DNA of 63,837 nt, the filler included, from Reticulomyxa filosa (lineage: Eukaryota; Protista; Foraminifera): assembly GCA_000512085.1 (NCBI GenBank). It is 18 parts of 18 records of this genome, joined end to end, with 100 filler letters (N's around TTAATTAATTAA, not from the genome) between each part and the next. Parts side by side here need not be neighbours in the genome. Positions count along the whole stretch, not along the records: positions 10,562 to 31,730 come from ASPP01005307.1; positions 31,831 to 35,188 come from ASPP01027222.1; positions 35,289 to 38,936 come from ASPP01012929.1; 15 more parts are not named here. One strand, 5' to 3'. The notes beneath the pieces were generated by a model. That model made no database searches and was not told where the DNA came from. It saw only the letters and a program-made list of their open reading frames with translations. Made by a program: the position numbers and the translations under genes. Positions within the stretch are counted from its first letter, which is position 1, and each line of letters starts with the position of its first letter. Positions 23,582 through 35,900 of the stretch are shown here, one piece after another.

Positions 23582-26500
23582 ATGGGTATCAAATCAAGTA
23601 CAAATGCCAAAGTGGAACAAGGAAGAGCAGTTGAGAAACTACAAAGATAGAGAAGTAGCTTTTTTAAAAAATGAAGAGATCTTTCTCTAATATTTGTTGA
23701 GGCCGAAATTAGAAGTATGTACACAAAAACGCAACGAATAGCCAACAACACGTCGTATCCCAAGTTGTAAAGATCAAGAAAAGTGCCAATCGGTTCGAAA
23801 CATAAACCAACGACATAAATACACGATCAGTGATTTGAACCACATTACAGAGTATTCACACCCTCGTAAAATATGCAAAGAGGGATCACAGTGTAACTAT
23901 TACATTCGACTAATGAAAGGAAGTTATAATGTGGAGGATCTGTGCCATTACAGCGTGTATTTGCATCCACTGTCGCGTTTCGTGACGCAATTTACGAATA
24001 ACAATAAGTCAACGAAAAATGAAAATAAATCTAAAAAAGTGGACAAAAACAACGCCGACACCAACGAAGCTCAAAGCAATACACTGCAAGTCCAAAGGAC
24101 AGGAGGCAAAGACGGCATTGGTTCAAGCAAGAAAGTGGGTGTTATGATATGTGATGGCCGATGTGGTTCAGTTATTACAAGAGGTCTGTGGAAGTGTTGG
24201 TGTTATCGCGATCTCATTTGGAAATATCAATATCGACGGTACGCATATTAGTCTAAAAAAATGTTTCCCTTTTTTTATTTACCCTATCAGACAAAAAAAA
24301 GTTGAAACACGTATATAGCATGTATTTATATGTCTTTAATTATAACGCTATGCATATATGCACATATGCATATGCACATATTTATGTATATACCTATGCA
24401 TATGCACCTTGTGTATGTGCGTTTGTCACGATGCCAAAGCTACCACCAGTTGAAAGACAATACCGAAATAAAGAATGGAAAGGACGAGGATGAAACGGAA
24501 AGTCGAGACTTCCATGCAGCGTTGTCGACGATGGTGGATAGTGTAATAGCGGTGGCGGGAGAAACGTTTTTGGAGGAAATGTATGAATTGATAAGTGAAT
24601 GTAAGGGGATTGAAGCCGCAAGCCCAACTGTAGCTTCAACTACATCCACAGTCACAACCGAATCCGCCATAGCAAATGCAACGCCGACAATAAATACGTC
24701 CGATAAAGTCACAAATGAGACAAGTCCATCTCTCGGAAAATCCAAATTTTCCAAAAAAAATAACACTTTGACGGAAACCAACGAACAATGGCAAAGAGAA
24801 TTTGGGAGACTGTTGTTGGAATTTAGTGAAAGCACTCGACAAGAATTTGGTTGTGAGAACAAAGATTTCCCACTTATTCGAAAAGGTAAAAAGTGGCAAA
24901 CCCCAGACATTTATGGCGTTTTAATTGGCGTTGCTAATTCCAAACTGCGCATTTTACCACTTGACCCTGTCACCAACAAGCCAGATACCAAATCTACAAG
25001 AAATTTGAGACATGATATTTTTTCAAAAGGTTAAAAAAAAAAGGGACAGAAAGAAAAGGAAAGGAAACACAAAATTTCTTTTGTTTGATCTTTAAAAAAA
25101 AAGGCTGCAAAAATGGCAGTCGTACATTGTTCAAAGAGATCGAAGCAAACAACTTTGAGGCGGCATTGCAAATTGGTCGCTTCAGCGAAAAGACAATTCA
25201 ACATTTAAATGAAGTAAACATCTCAGAGAACTCGGGAGAATGCTATGGATATATCAATTGCCACTGGGAAACGTTGCAAGAAGTGGCAGTGGAAAAGCTG
25301 AATCATCCAAGACATCTGGAAATGGGTGCCTGTTTGCAAGAAAGTGAGCTTTTGAGTATCTTATTACTTACCGGCACGTCGGTCGGCATTGACCTGATCA
25401 ATGCTCATCGCAACAAAAAGAATTATTGCAAATGGAGGGTACTTCAAAATAATTTGATCAGTGCATTACGTAAAATGTATGAATTCGACAAGCATTCTTT
25501 GCCCAATCAGCTGTTTCATGGACTTAAAAGAGATCCAAATATGGTATTCATTCATTTATTTTATTTTGCTTGTTTGTTTTGCAATGTGCGTATACACGAA
25601 ACGTTATCCTATCACAACAATAAATAATAATAAATAATAAATAAAAAGGAAAAAGATGGAAGAAACGAAGGTGATCAAATGTATTTGTTCAATACGTTTG
25701 TCTCAACGACATTAGATCATCGATTGATTCAATCTTCGTTCACAACACATAAGGAAGGCGCATTATTATTTTTGGACAGACAAGAACCCGTCATTTGCGC
25801 AGACATATCCTGGATCAGCAAGTTTGCATTCGAACATGAAATATTATTTGCACCTTGTGCACTCACTTTGCCATCGCCTTTCACAGAAAGTTTGTGTGTT
25901 TTTTTTCCCCTCTGTCGCGTTCTCGCACAAAGTGCAATGTGATCATTTTGTTTTGCTAACGGCAATCACGAAACTGCTGTGCACATCTTGCCACCCCAAT
26001 GAATTCAGAAAATGAAAAGTCGTCAAGTGATAAGAAAAGTCGTAGCGAGGCAACAAAAGCACACCGAAATAATCGCCAAGGCCATCGCAAGCCAAAAGCA
26101 AAGGAAAATGAGAAGAACAAAGACAAAGACAAAGACAAAGATAAAGATAAAGATGCAGCGCGAAAAAATAAAAAAAAAAGAAAGACAAAGCCTCGAAACA
26201 TGCTCGACGAGACCGTGGGATTTCAATTGCGGATTTGTCTGTGACGCGCGAAAAAGCGGACGAAGAGACGCGAGCGAAGAAGAACAAGCCCAAGGATCGA
26301 AGCAAACCTTCCCACGACTACGTCCGTCCAGGGACGTCACGGGACGTCCGAGGGGCACTCAAGTTTTCATTAATCGATGGGCGTTTGGAAGCCTTTTCCA
26401 TTGACAGTACCTATTCCCAAAGCATTGGCACAAGCATTTTGGCTACCCATGCCCATACCAGTCAAGGTTACTCTTCCCTTCTCTCGTTTGTGCGTGCTCC

Positions 26501-28362
26501 ATTGCACACATTTAGATTGTCTGTTTGTTCGTGTTGACAGTGACCATTGATAGCAAGCCCCCTGAAAAGCCTGAGATTGAAAATTCCAGTGATGTTTTGT
26601 ATGACTTGGCAGTTACGTTGCGCAGGGAGGAGGGATACATGTTTGTATGTTACAAATTTCATGCGATGAGCAACAACACAATGAAAATATATGCAAAATG
26701 GTTCAGAATAGAATCGATTTGGATGTGGTGGCCAATTTTTTGTATGGAAATACGACACCACAAGGATTGTGGGACCATTTGGATACAAAGAATGAAGGTG
26801 AGATATCAATAGACCGTTTGCAAAACTTGTTTTTGGCTGTGTTTGTGTTGTCTATCCAAATTGAGGCCAGTCCCAATGTGCACGCCTATTTGGGTCGCTG
26901 CCAACACTTGGCTTTTGATTACGCACAAAAGTTTGCCAATAATATCAGCACGAACATCGGCAGTCCGTCTCTGAAAAAACAGGATTTCATTGACAACGTG
27001 ACCATGCTAAATGACATGCACTCCAACTTTAGCTCCACGCTCTTGCAACAGATTATTCAAGATACTGAAAAGGCACAAGAACACACCAAGAAGCAGTCAT
27101 CCAATTCCACACCTGCACATCATACCACTGTACCTTCCGCCGATCAAGAGAAAATACCTCTTCAACAAGTCGATGTCATCGAAGATGTTGCCAGCAACGT
27201 TGCCGCCATTCGGGATTATTGCATCAACGCGTGCACTTTACGACAGCTGTGGGCGCATTTTATGCAGTCGACACCGGAGAAACTGGTATTTTTCTATGAC
27301 ATTGCACGTGTGTGTGTGTGTGTAGGATATGTAAAGCACTACCTTTTTTTTTTTTTTTATGTATACGTATGCGTTCTATCATGTATCGATATTTTTTGGG
27401 GGGTTTACTTAGGCCAACTTTATGGATTACACACAATTTGACGTGGTCGTCTTTGCTGCTCTGGCCTACTTTGTGCAACAAAGGAATCCAGATGCTCCTT
27501 TGGCCACGAGAATGTCATTAAATCCGTTGATTGATCAACTGAGTATGAGCTTGTTGGCGGCCTATGATCCAAATCAACGAGGGTACATCACATATGATGA
27601 CTTTGAAGCGTTTGGAGAATACTTGAGAGATGAATTTGGCAAACTCCGCGGCAGCATTTTGGCCCAGGATGTGCAACAGCAGGACAGTGAGGGATACAAT
27701 GTGAATACGCCAAACATTCCCACTGAACCACTGCCCATTGACTCGAGTGAAGACATCCAAAAGCTGCAAACAAACAAAATTGAAAACGAAGACAGCAGTG
27801 AGGACTCACTAGGAATGGAACTCGACACTAGAGACATTAATTCTAGTCCAGAGATGAAAAACAACAATATTGATTTGGAAACGGTCCATAAAGAGAGAGA
27901 GTTTGAAGATAAGAAAGAAGATGCCACCGATGAAAACGACTTGGACAAGTTTGGTTTTATCTTCGTGGTTGTATTTGTTTCACACTAAAAAAAATTCGCT
28001 TCTTATTTTGCCATGATAAATCTTAAAAAATTCAAATAAAATAAAAAAGCCAAATCGTTGAATCGCTGGAACAAATGAAAGAGCAAGTTGACATTTTTTT
28101 GGATATTTTGCGGTCAACTACACAAAAATTGCAAACTCAAGGGCAAGAAAAAAGCACAAATTTCAATGCTAGAGACCTTTTGAAAGCTGGACAAGAGCAA
28201 ATTGAACAAATCACAGCTGATATCAAAGAAATGGAGATCCAGTGTAACAATTTGCAAGATAACAAAGTCCGCTACAAATACGCACAAATGATTAACACTT
28301 TAGATATGGAAAAATTTGATCTAAACTCCAAACTTAAATCCATTGCATTGCAAGGCAAGTGA
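23582..28362 (+). CDS. Ten-exon protein: two PBZ-like zinc fingers, degenerate ZZ-like motif, ADP-ribosyltransferase-like domain, EF-hands, C-terminal helical bundle
   Basis: Phase-compatible GT-AG introns 23655-23741, 24239-24439, 25030-25103, 25544-25648, 25890-26008, 26467-26540, 26641-26711, 27286-27412 and 27949-28049; one A-run shift at 26170-26179. Start is 23582 or 23604. Motifs LFHGL, FVSTT, DISWISKFAFEHEILF; DTKNEGEISIDRL; DPNQRGYITYDDF. Confidence 0.72.
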
Positions 28363-28498
28363 GACATGTGGGTGTTCTTCTGTTGAGTGTAAAATTACGT
28401 GAATATGACCATTTCATATTCTCGATTAACCTATATTGTCTAAACAAACAAAACACACGAAAATGGTGCGGATTTACTGAAATTTTTTTTCAAATTCT

Positions 28499-29230
28499 CT
28501 ATTTCCTGAGTAATTTTTTGTTGTTGCAAATCATACTCGTCTCAAAAAGGATTATATCACAGCAAACAATAAATGATATAAAAAAAAAAAGTGATATTAC
28601 TTTTTTTTTGCGACCATAAGCACTTGGAGACAACCAGTGTTTGTGTCCAGGATGAATCCTCTTGCGACATACTGATAATGAATTAAGTTGAAAACTATTT
28701 TCACTTTTATCATATTTAAATAATAAACCAGTTTTATATTTGAATAATATCATATTATTATTGCTCATTGTTTCTTGTTCATTTGTCTTTAATAGTACAA
28801 GGCATTGCAAAAATAAATTATCCTGATTATTGAAATTAAAATACTGAATAAATTGAAATATATTTAAATCAAATACACTCATTTTTGTTTGACAATTAGT
28901 GATAAATAACAAATGATTGTTATTACCACCAATCACTGCACGTAATCCTAGATTTGTACTTTGGCCTATTCTATTACAATTGGCTTATTGTACCCGTTTG
29001 TGAAATGATCCAATTGATTGCTTTGTTTGAATTAATTGAATCGTCATTATTCCAAACACTTTTATAGTTCGTCACTAATGTATGTCTTGTGTTAGTGTTA
29101 CACCACCAAAAGACAATAACTTGGTACCACTTTTATCTTTGTTTGTGAGTTTTACTACACAATATACGCTTAAATCAACTTTAGTTGGATATTCACAGAT
29201 AAGTCTGCAGTCGTCTTTATCTGTGTTGTA
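28499..29230 (-). pseudogene. Kelch-like family pseudogene
   Basis: CEYPTKVDLSVYCVVKL..LLSFGG, RAVIGGNNNHLLFIT..SVFDLNIFQFIQ, MILFKYKTGL; stops and frameshifts. Confidence 0.75.
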
Positions 29231-29289
29231 ATAATAATACTTTCTTTCTTTTTCATCTCCACAAATGAGAATTTCCTGTTCATATAACT

Positions 29290-29430
29290 CTCAATGCGCG
29301 AATGAAACTGGACCAGACAAACACAAAGAATTGAAATCACCATCTTCTCGAAGCGCGAATGAAACTGGGTCAAACAAGGACAAAGATTCGAAGTAATAAT
29401 ACACTCGAAGCGAAAATGAAATCGGGCCAT
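29290..29430. repeat. 57-bp tandem repeat, about 2.5 copies
   Basis: Units begin at 29290, 29347 and 29404 (ctc.a.gcg..aatgaaa). Confidence 0.85.
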
Positions 29431-32123
29431 GCAGTTATATAAGCGTATACACATATACGTATATTGTACGGAAAAAGATTACAGCATCAATGACAAAGAC
29501 AGGACAACATCGACTACAAAAACAATGACAAAGACAGTAACATTGCAAATACAATACATATTATCAGACAAATGTTTGCGTAAAAATTTTTATAAATAAA
29601 TAAATACACACATCATGCGAAAAGGGTATACATAAACGCATATTGTCTTATGAAAGACTTATTACAAAATCTTCATAATACTATTGAAGACAACATAATA
29701 AATATAGAAAATTTAGAACAATAATTAAAAAAGAAAGAAAATAAAGTATTTTCATGAAAAGGCGAATTACTTGAACTTAAAAACATATTTGGTTTAGACG
29801 AAGATGACTATATCTCGAAATCGATTGGACATTATGATTGTTGTAGTTTAATCAAATCGACTGACATTCTAGTTACATAAAAAGACAATGAAGTTTAGTA
29901 AATATACAATCATCAAGTGATTTACAAACTTTTATACATTGTTGCGACTGTGGAAAATAAAATAATTCAATTATTTCAGTTTACGGTACATAACGTTTAT
30001 TAGCGAATGCAATTAAAGACTTTAAAAATATTTTAGATAAAATTAAAAATATATTCTGTTTCTCTTTTTTCTAAATAATATATAAATATTTATGTTTGAT
30101 GCATTTAACAATTTTATTCAAATGTCAATTTATTTATACGTTGCTACAAATACTTTGTATATCTTTTTAAAAATTACATATAATAAACTCGACTCATAAA
30201 CAAATGCGTAGACTGTCAATGTGAATTGCTATTCTCAGATTGTGTATGCTATTTTCCTTGAAAACTTAAAAAAAACCAATAAGCAAGTTTGCTAAATTAC
30301 ATTTTTAGAAAAAGTAATGAATTTAAATGAAAGAGAGCAAGGTGATTGTTTGGTTTTGAAAAAAAGTTAAAGAATTACATTACTTGACTTAAAAACTCTG
30401 ATTGATAAGGAAAATGCAACATTAAAAAATCAAAATCAAATGATTTATTTTATAGAAACACTAGATCATGGAAATCAGCAAAGTTTGTATAAATTCGCTC
30501 CAGAAAAAATTAAACTACTGCATCACAAAAATACAAATCTTTGAAGTTCTTCTCAATGTAGTAACGTTTATTTAATTTGTTTATTTTGTAATCACAAAAC
30601 ATTTTCGTTCAAATTTCAATAATAAGATACTTGTATAACTTTGTTTGTCGTTTATAGTATGAACTTGTTCTATAATCTCAATGTTGTTAATCATTAAAAT
30701 TCGGCAATGAAGATGTACAATTGATTTGTATTAAATGTTTAAAATAATTTATTATATTATTATTAGATAAGTAGATAATTAAAAAAAAAGAAAAATTTGT
30801 ACATTCATATAAAATTGTAAACGCTTTTTAAATTCTTGTTTTAAATACGTATTTAAAGTAATACCTAATTATTTGAGATTTGATGTTAACATAAATATAA
30901 CATCCAATATTGTTATCACAAATGTTTTAAAAATAAATTTCATTGTAATATAATGTACAAAAGATGAATATTGTGAGTTATTTTTCCAAAAAAGGGGAAA
31001 AAGTAGCTCAAGTTCTATTTCTAAAAAGAAAAATTTGATTTGAAAAAAATTATCAGCTATAAAATGATATAAAGTACTTTATGGAAATACTTCGGTTGTT
31101 GAAATAGTAACATTTTATATAAAGTTTGTAAAACAAAAAGTCTCCAATCAAATCTCTTATTTTGGCAGTAAAAAGTCCAAGACTTGGGCTACATTTTCAG
31201 CTTTTTTGTAAAAATAACTCCCAATATTCAACAATATGTAATGCTAATACTTAGGGGTGTAATGAGTTTTCTTTGGGTCTACTACTAAAAAATAAGAATA
31301 CAACCTTAAGTATTACTGTCATCGCATATGTGTATTAGTGTTGCTTATTTGTTGCATGGGCAATATCTTTGTAAACATCATTGACAACTTTGAAGTTTTT
31401 TTGCAAAAGAATTCAAGCAAATTATTCAGCAAAAAATATTAATCCAATAATATTTGATGGTAAATATCCATTTTTCATTAAATTTAATGCAGAATATATA
31501 ATTGATTGAATATATTCAAATACTTGAATGTTATATACAAAAGAAAAACGATAAACAAACGCATATATGTACAGTAAGTTGCAAAGAAAACTGAACGCCT
31601 AAAACATATCTTATGATGATAATTGATTTTATCAATGAAAAATCAACATTTAGACATAATTTTTTTTTAAAAAATATCTACAAGTCTTGTAGTTTTTAAA
31701 TATGACATTGATTTTTTAATAACTTTTTTTNNNNNNNNNNNNNNNNNNNNNNNNNNNNNNNNNNNNNNNNNNNNTTAATTAATTAANNNNNNNNNNNNNN
31801 NNNNNNNNNNNNNNNNNNNNNNNNNNNNNNCAACATCATACTGCAGTAGCAACAAACAAAATAGCAACATATCTTCACACTTAGCAAGCTTGATTTATTT
31901 TTATTTTTTTTTAAAAAAAGGAAAGTAATAGCCAACTTCCCATTGGCAATCCATGTATTTATTTTGAGGCATATAAAAAAAATCTCTTAATATTAATTTG
32001 TAAACATTATGTTTTGTGCATTGTTAACTTCAGTAAAAAATTTCTTTTTTTAAAAAAATTACTCTGAAAAAAAACCACTCCGAAAAGAAAAAACAAGCCA
32101 TCAATCTGAGACAAAAACGAACA

Positions 32124-33100
32124 GTGTTGGACACTCAGAAAGAAATGGATACAAGAGAGATTTTGAAAGAAATTACTTTTGTTGAAAAAGTAAAAGAAAT
32201 AAAAGATAAATTGAAAAACTATTATAAACTTCAAGACAAATTGGCTCCACTATTTGATGATCTTGAACAATCAATTGATAACAAAAAAAAAAAGAAATGG
32301 AAAATAAAGAAACGGACGAAAAGATGAACAAAATAAACAAGAGAAAGTACATTAAAAAAAAACAAAAATAAAAATGGAAAATGGCAGAATTCATTGGAAT
32401 TGTAAGATATTTGGAAAAACAAAATTATTATTATCGGATGGACTTGATGAAATTGCAAATGAATTGAATAAAAATGTGAGTTCGAAACAATGGTTGCAAT
32501 ATTGTATTGCAAGTACAAATTGTTATGTAATAATGACAAGTCGTCCCAATGCAACGTGTTCATATTTGAATGATCACAGAATTTTCAGTGCGATTGGATT
32601 TCAATCACAAGATATTCGAGAATATATCAATGCATATTTCCAAAATTTTACAATTGATAAAAGCAAGTGTCAATCTCAAGCAGATTTATTAATACGACAA
32701 TTGAATAATAATTCATGTTTGAAATTATTAAGTCATACACCATTATATTTGCGATTGTTTTGTTTCTTGGCAAGGCAACAAATGACTGAAGTGCAAGAAG
32801 AAAAAAAAGAAGAAGAAGAAGAAGAAGAAGAAAAAAAAAAAAAATCAAGTAGCATTTGGAAAATTATATAATTTATCATTATCAAAATTATATGGAAAAT
32901 TGTTGGAAAGTTATATGCGATGGAATTGGATCAAATTAAATGGAACAAAAGATATACCAAATGAACAATTTATGTTTTATATATTCAAAATGGAAATTGA
33001 TTATCTGTCATGTTTTGCATGGAAAGGATTGAAATATGGACACATTCAATTGTTTAGTTGTTTCAATATCCCATATTCGAATGGTTTTATCAAATGATCC
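32124..33100 (+). pseudogene. NACHT/STAND NTPase fragment, probably a pseudogene
   Basis: Walker B LLLSDGLDE, sensor IMTSRP, IGF..DIREYI, TPLYLRLFC; no Walker A seen; frameshifts. Confidence 0.7.
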
Positions 33101-33392
33101 AGAACAAATCAATTGACAATAATCAAATGTTGAATAACAGATACTTCATACATGTCTGATTATTGTCATTAATCTGTTATTTTTTTCCAACTTTTTTTGT
33201 TGTTCAATTATTTGTTTTTCGTTTACTTGCATTTCTTGTTTTATTTTTTTTATCTTTTGATTCGATGTCTTTTTTTCATTTCTCAATTTCAACCAATGTT
33301 GTTTTCTGTTTAATTATTATTTTCTTGCTTTTAATGTTTTGAATAGATTGAAAACAAAAAAGAAAGACATAATAAACCTGAGCATAGTTTAA

Positions 33393-33725
33393 TTATTCAA
33401 TTTCATTAATGTATTGATTCGTCATTTGATTTTGAGAATACAAACAATTGTCATGAGGTTTGACTGGACAAGAATTTGGGTTTTGACGAAGAAATTGCTT
33501 CAAGCAATTCTCTCCAATGATCAATGATTCATCCATGTTTTTGTGTTGAGAGCAATCGATTTCCATTGGATTGTTGGCCACTTGTTTGCAAATTAAACAG
33601 ATAACATTGTGAATGGCTTCTTGCTTGTTCAGTTGTAAAATCCAATTTTTGTCAAAGTAAGATTGTTGTTGAGGAAGTGAATTCGAATCCAGTTTCGCAC
33701 TGTCTTTGCTTTTCTCTTCTTTCAT
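33393..33725 (-). CDS. Degenerate RING finger protein of TRAF-like family (truncated or pseudogene)
   Basis: ICLICKQVANNPMEIDCSQH..IIGENCLKQFL..NSCPVKPH. Confidence 0.6.
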   Translation of the reverse strand: MKEEKSKDSAKLDSNSLPQQQSYFDKNWILQLNKQEAIHNVICLICKQVANNPMEIDCSQHKNMDESLIIGENCLKQFLRQNPNSCPVKPHDNCLYSQNQMTNQYINEIE

Positions 33726-34511
33726 CTTACTCAGTTTCTTTCTTTTGGTTCTTGATTTCTTGGTTAGATGATGTAGAGGAATTTATTCTGGAGTTTTTTT
33801 TGAAGTTTTCTTGAACTGGGAAAGTCTTGTTGTGGCCAACTACAATTTTTTTTGGAACAAAAATCACATTGTTTGAAAAGATTCATTTTATAGAGTTGTT
33901 TTCACTTTTGAAAATTGGAAAAAATAACATATTCTAAATACTGAAATCATGTGATACGTAGATAAAACATTTGTTGTTTAAGATAAGACTTTATTTGTAA
34001 ATTTCACGCAAAAAACGAATACAATATATTTGTTTTTATTCGAATAAATTTGTCTTTTTACTTAGTTGTTCCATACAGAAAGGGGGAGACAATTCAAAAG
34101 TTCAATTGCAGAAAAGGATTAAAAGTTCATCAAGTACAAACTGCAGTTTTAATCATAAAAAAAAGAATAACAATTGATTTTATTTATATCTGAAAAAAGA
34201 GATTGCTTTAACACACAACCAAGATCTTCCTCTGTGAAAATAATAAAAATAAATACAATTGTATCATTGAACAACTGTTTTCAAAGATTTTGAAAAAAAA
34301 AACTTGTGATCTACGTGCATGCTTAGTGTTGGACAAGTTCTTTTTAAAAATTTCTTATCTTCACTAAAAAAGAAATCACATGTATTGTTAAAATCAGTTT
34401 TTCATGTCGCCAAAAATATGTTTGAAAACCCCTTTCATTGCCCCTAAAGGAAAAAAGTTCAAGATCTTCCGTTTTACATCATCGAAAACGATCTTAAGAA
34501 AAAAAAACAAA

Positions 34512-35188
34512 ATGACAACTCTTAGTAGTACGAAGCAAACCTCAGCACAACCAGAGTTGGTAAGCTTTATTATAAGTTTTTAGAAACTATGTTGCATGTT
34601 TTATTTATCGTATGTAAATTGTGATTCAAACAGTCTGAAGAAGAAAAGGTTCAAGTAATCTGCAACATTGGGTTCGAATATTGAAAATCAAATCAGGATG
34701 GATTAATGAGTTTGACAAACTCGTTACCGATTATGTTAATTCATTTGTTTTTATTTTTATTTTTAATATAAATCAAAATATTTAAATGTTTATTTAACAT
34801 AGGTATCTACTGTCTTCATGTTTGAGACATTTCGCTCGTCATCTAAATTAATTAATACATTTATTGGGCATATTAGTGCTGTGTCGAGTATTGATTATTC
34901 AACATTTGATGATTGTCGATTTATTTGTTCTGGATCAGATGATACATCAGTTCGTGTATGGGATGTTGATAACAACAAACAAGTTCAATCATTCAACGGA
35001 CATTCAAGTTTTGTGAGATGTACGAAATTTTCATCATATCATTATCATAATCATCGTCAACATGTCATTTGTTCTTCATCACAAGACAAAATCATTCGTT
35101 TTTGGGATTTCAAACATAATAAGCAATTACAAATATTCAATGGACACACTAATGGTGTTAATGGTATTGAATTTTCACCATTTAATGG
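34512..35188 (+). CDS. WD40-repeat protein (partial, expanded family)
   Basis: GHISAVSSIDYS..CSGSDDTSVRVWD; GHSSFVRCTKFS..SSSQDKIIRFWD; short upstream exons. Confidence 0.85.
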
Positions 35189-35326
35189 NNNNNNNNNNNN
35201 NNNNNNNNNNNNNNNNNNNNNNNNNNNNNNNNTTAATTAATTAANNNNNNNNNNNNNNNNNNNNNNNNNNNNNNNNNNNNNNNNNNNNCAAAAAAAAAAT
35301 TCCCCTCTTGTCACAAGCTCACTCAC

Positions 35327-35481
35327 CTTCGAATTCCGTTTTATCAACTCCCTGAAGGGTAAAAATGCCATTCAAACAAGTTCTCCTCAAACGGCTGTGC
35401 TAAAATACCGGTTACTGGATTTGCTACCAGTTCCTTCCATTCACGCATCAGTCTTTTGACTGTCGGGCTATTCATATTCAT
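35327..35481 (-). CDS. UBE2J1/Ubc6-like E2 ubiquitin-conjugating enzyme, N-terminal exon (absent from ORF track)
   Basis: MNMNSPTVKRLMREWKEL..ILAQPFEENLFEWHF(T)LQGVDKTEFEG then GTGAGT donor; one extra T at 35361-35365. Confidence 0.8.
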
Positions 35482-35900
35482 TTCTTCTCTGCTTGACGAA
35501 AAATTTTGATGATCCTAAAAAAATGTGAATGATGCTTTTTCTCCCGGTTTTTTTGTAGAGTCAGAATGTTTTGCAGATTAAAACACTAAAGCTTTGTTTA
35601 TCTAAAGATCTGTTTTGCTAAAATGTGTACAAGCGCTTACTTAAAAGGTACGTTAGGAAAGTAGACTGCTTAACTTAAAAAAGTAAACGCTTCTGTCACT
35701 TATTGAGGTGGTCTCGCCTGTGTTTCTTTGGGAACAAGCGCTAACCACAAATTAAACAATTTATTTGTGAAAAAAAATGGTTAACTTTTTCAGCTGTAAT
35801 TTTTTGTTGTCTTTTGATGTGTATACTTGCTTTCAAAGGGGAGGTTGACGTCTTTTTTTTATTTTTTGTAATATAATTATATATCTTTTGTCTTCAAAGA

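Noticed and set aside
29560-31730. Long ORF-free AT-rich tract (also 39037-40479 and 51200-52267)
   Set aside because: No repeat, RNA-gene or structural signal seen; treated as ordinary intergenic DNA. No tRNA or rRNA gene was recognised anywhere in the window.
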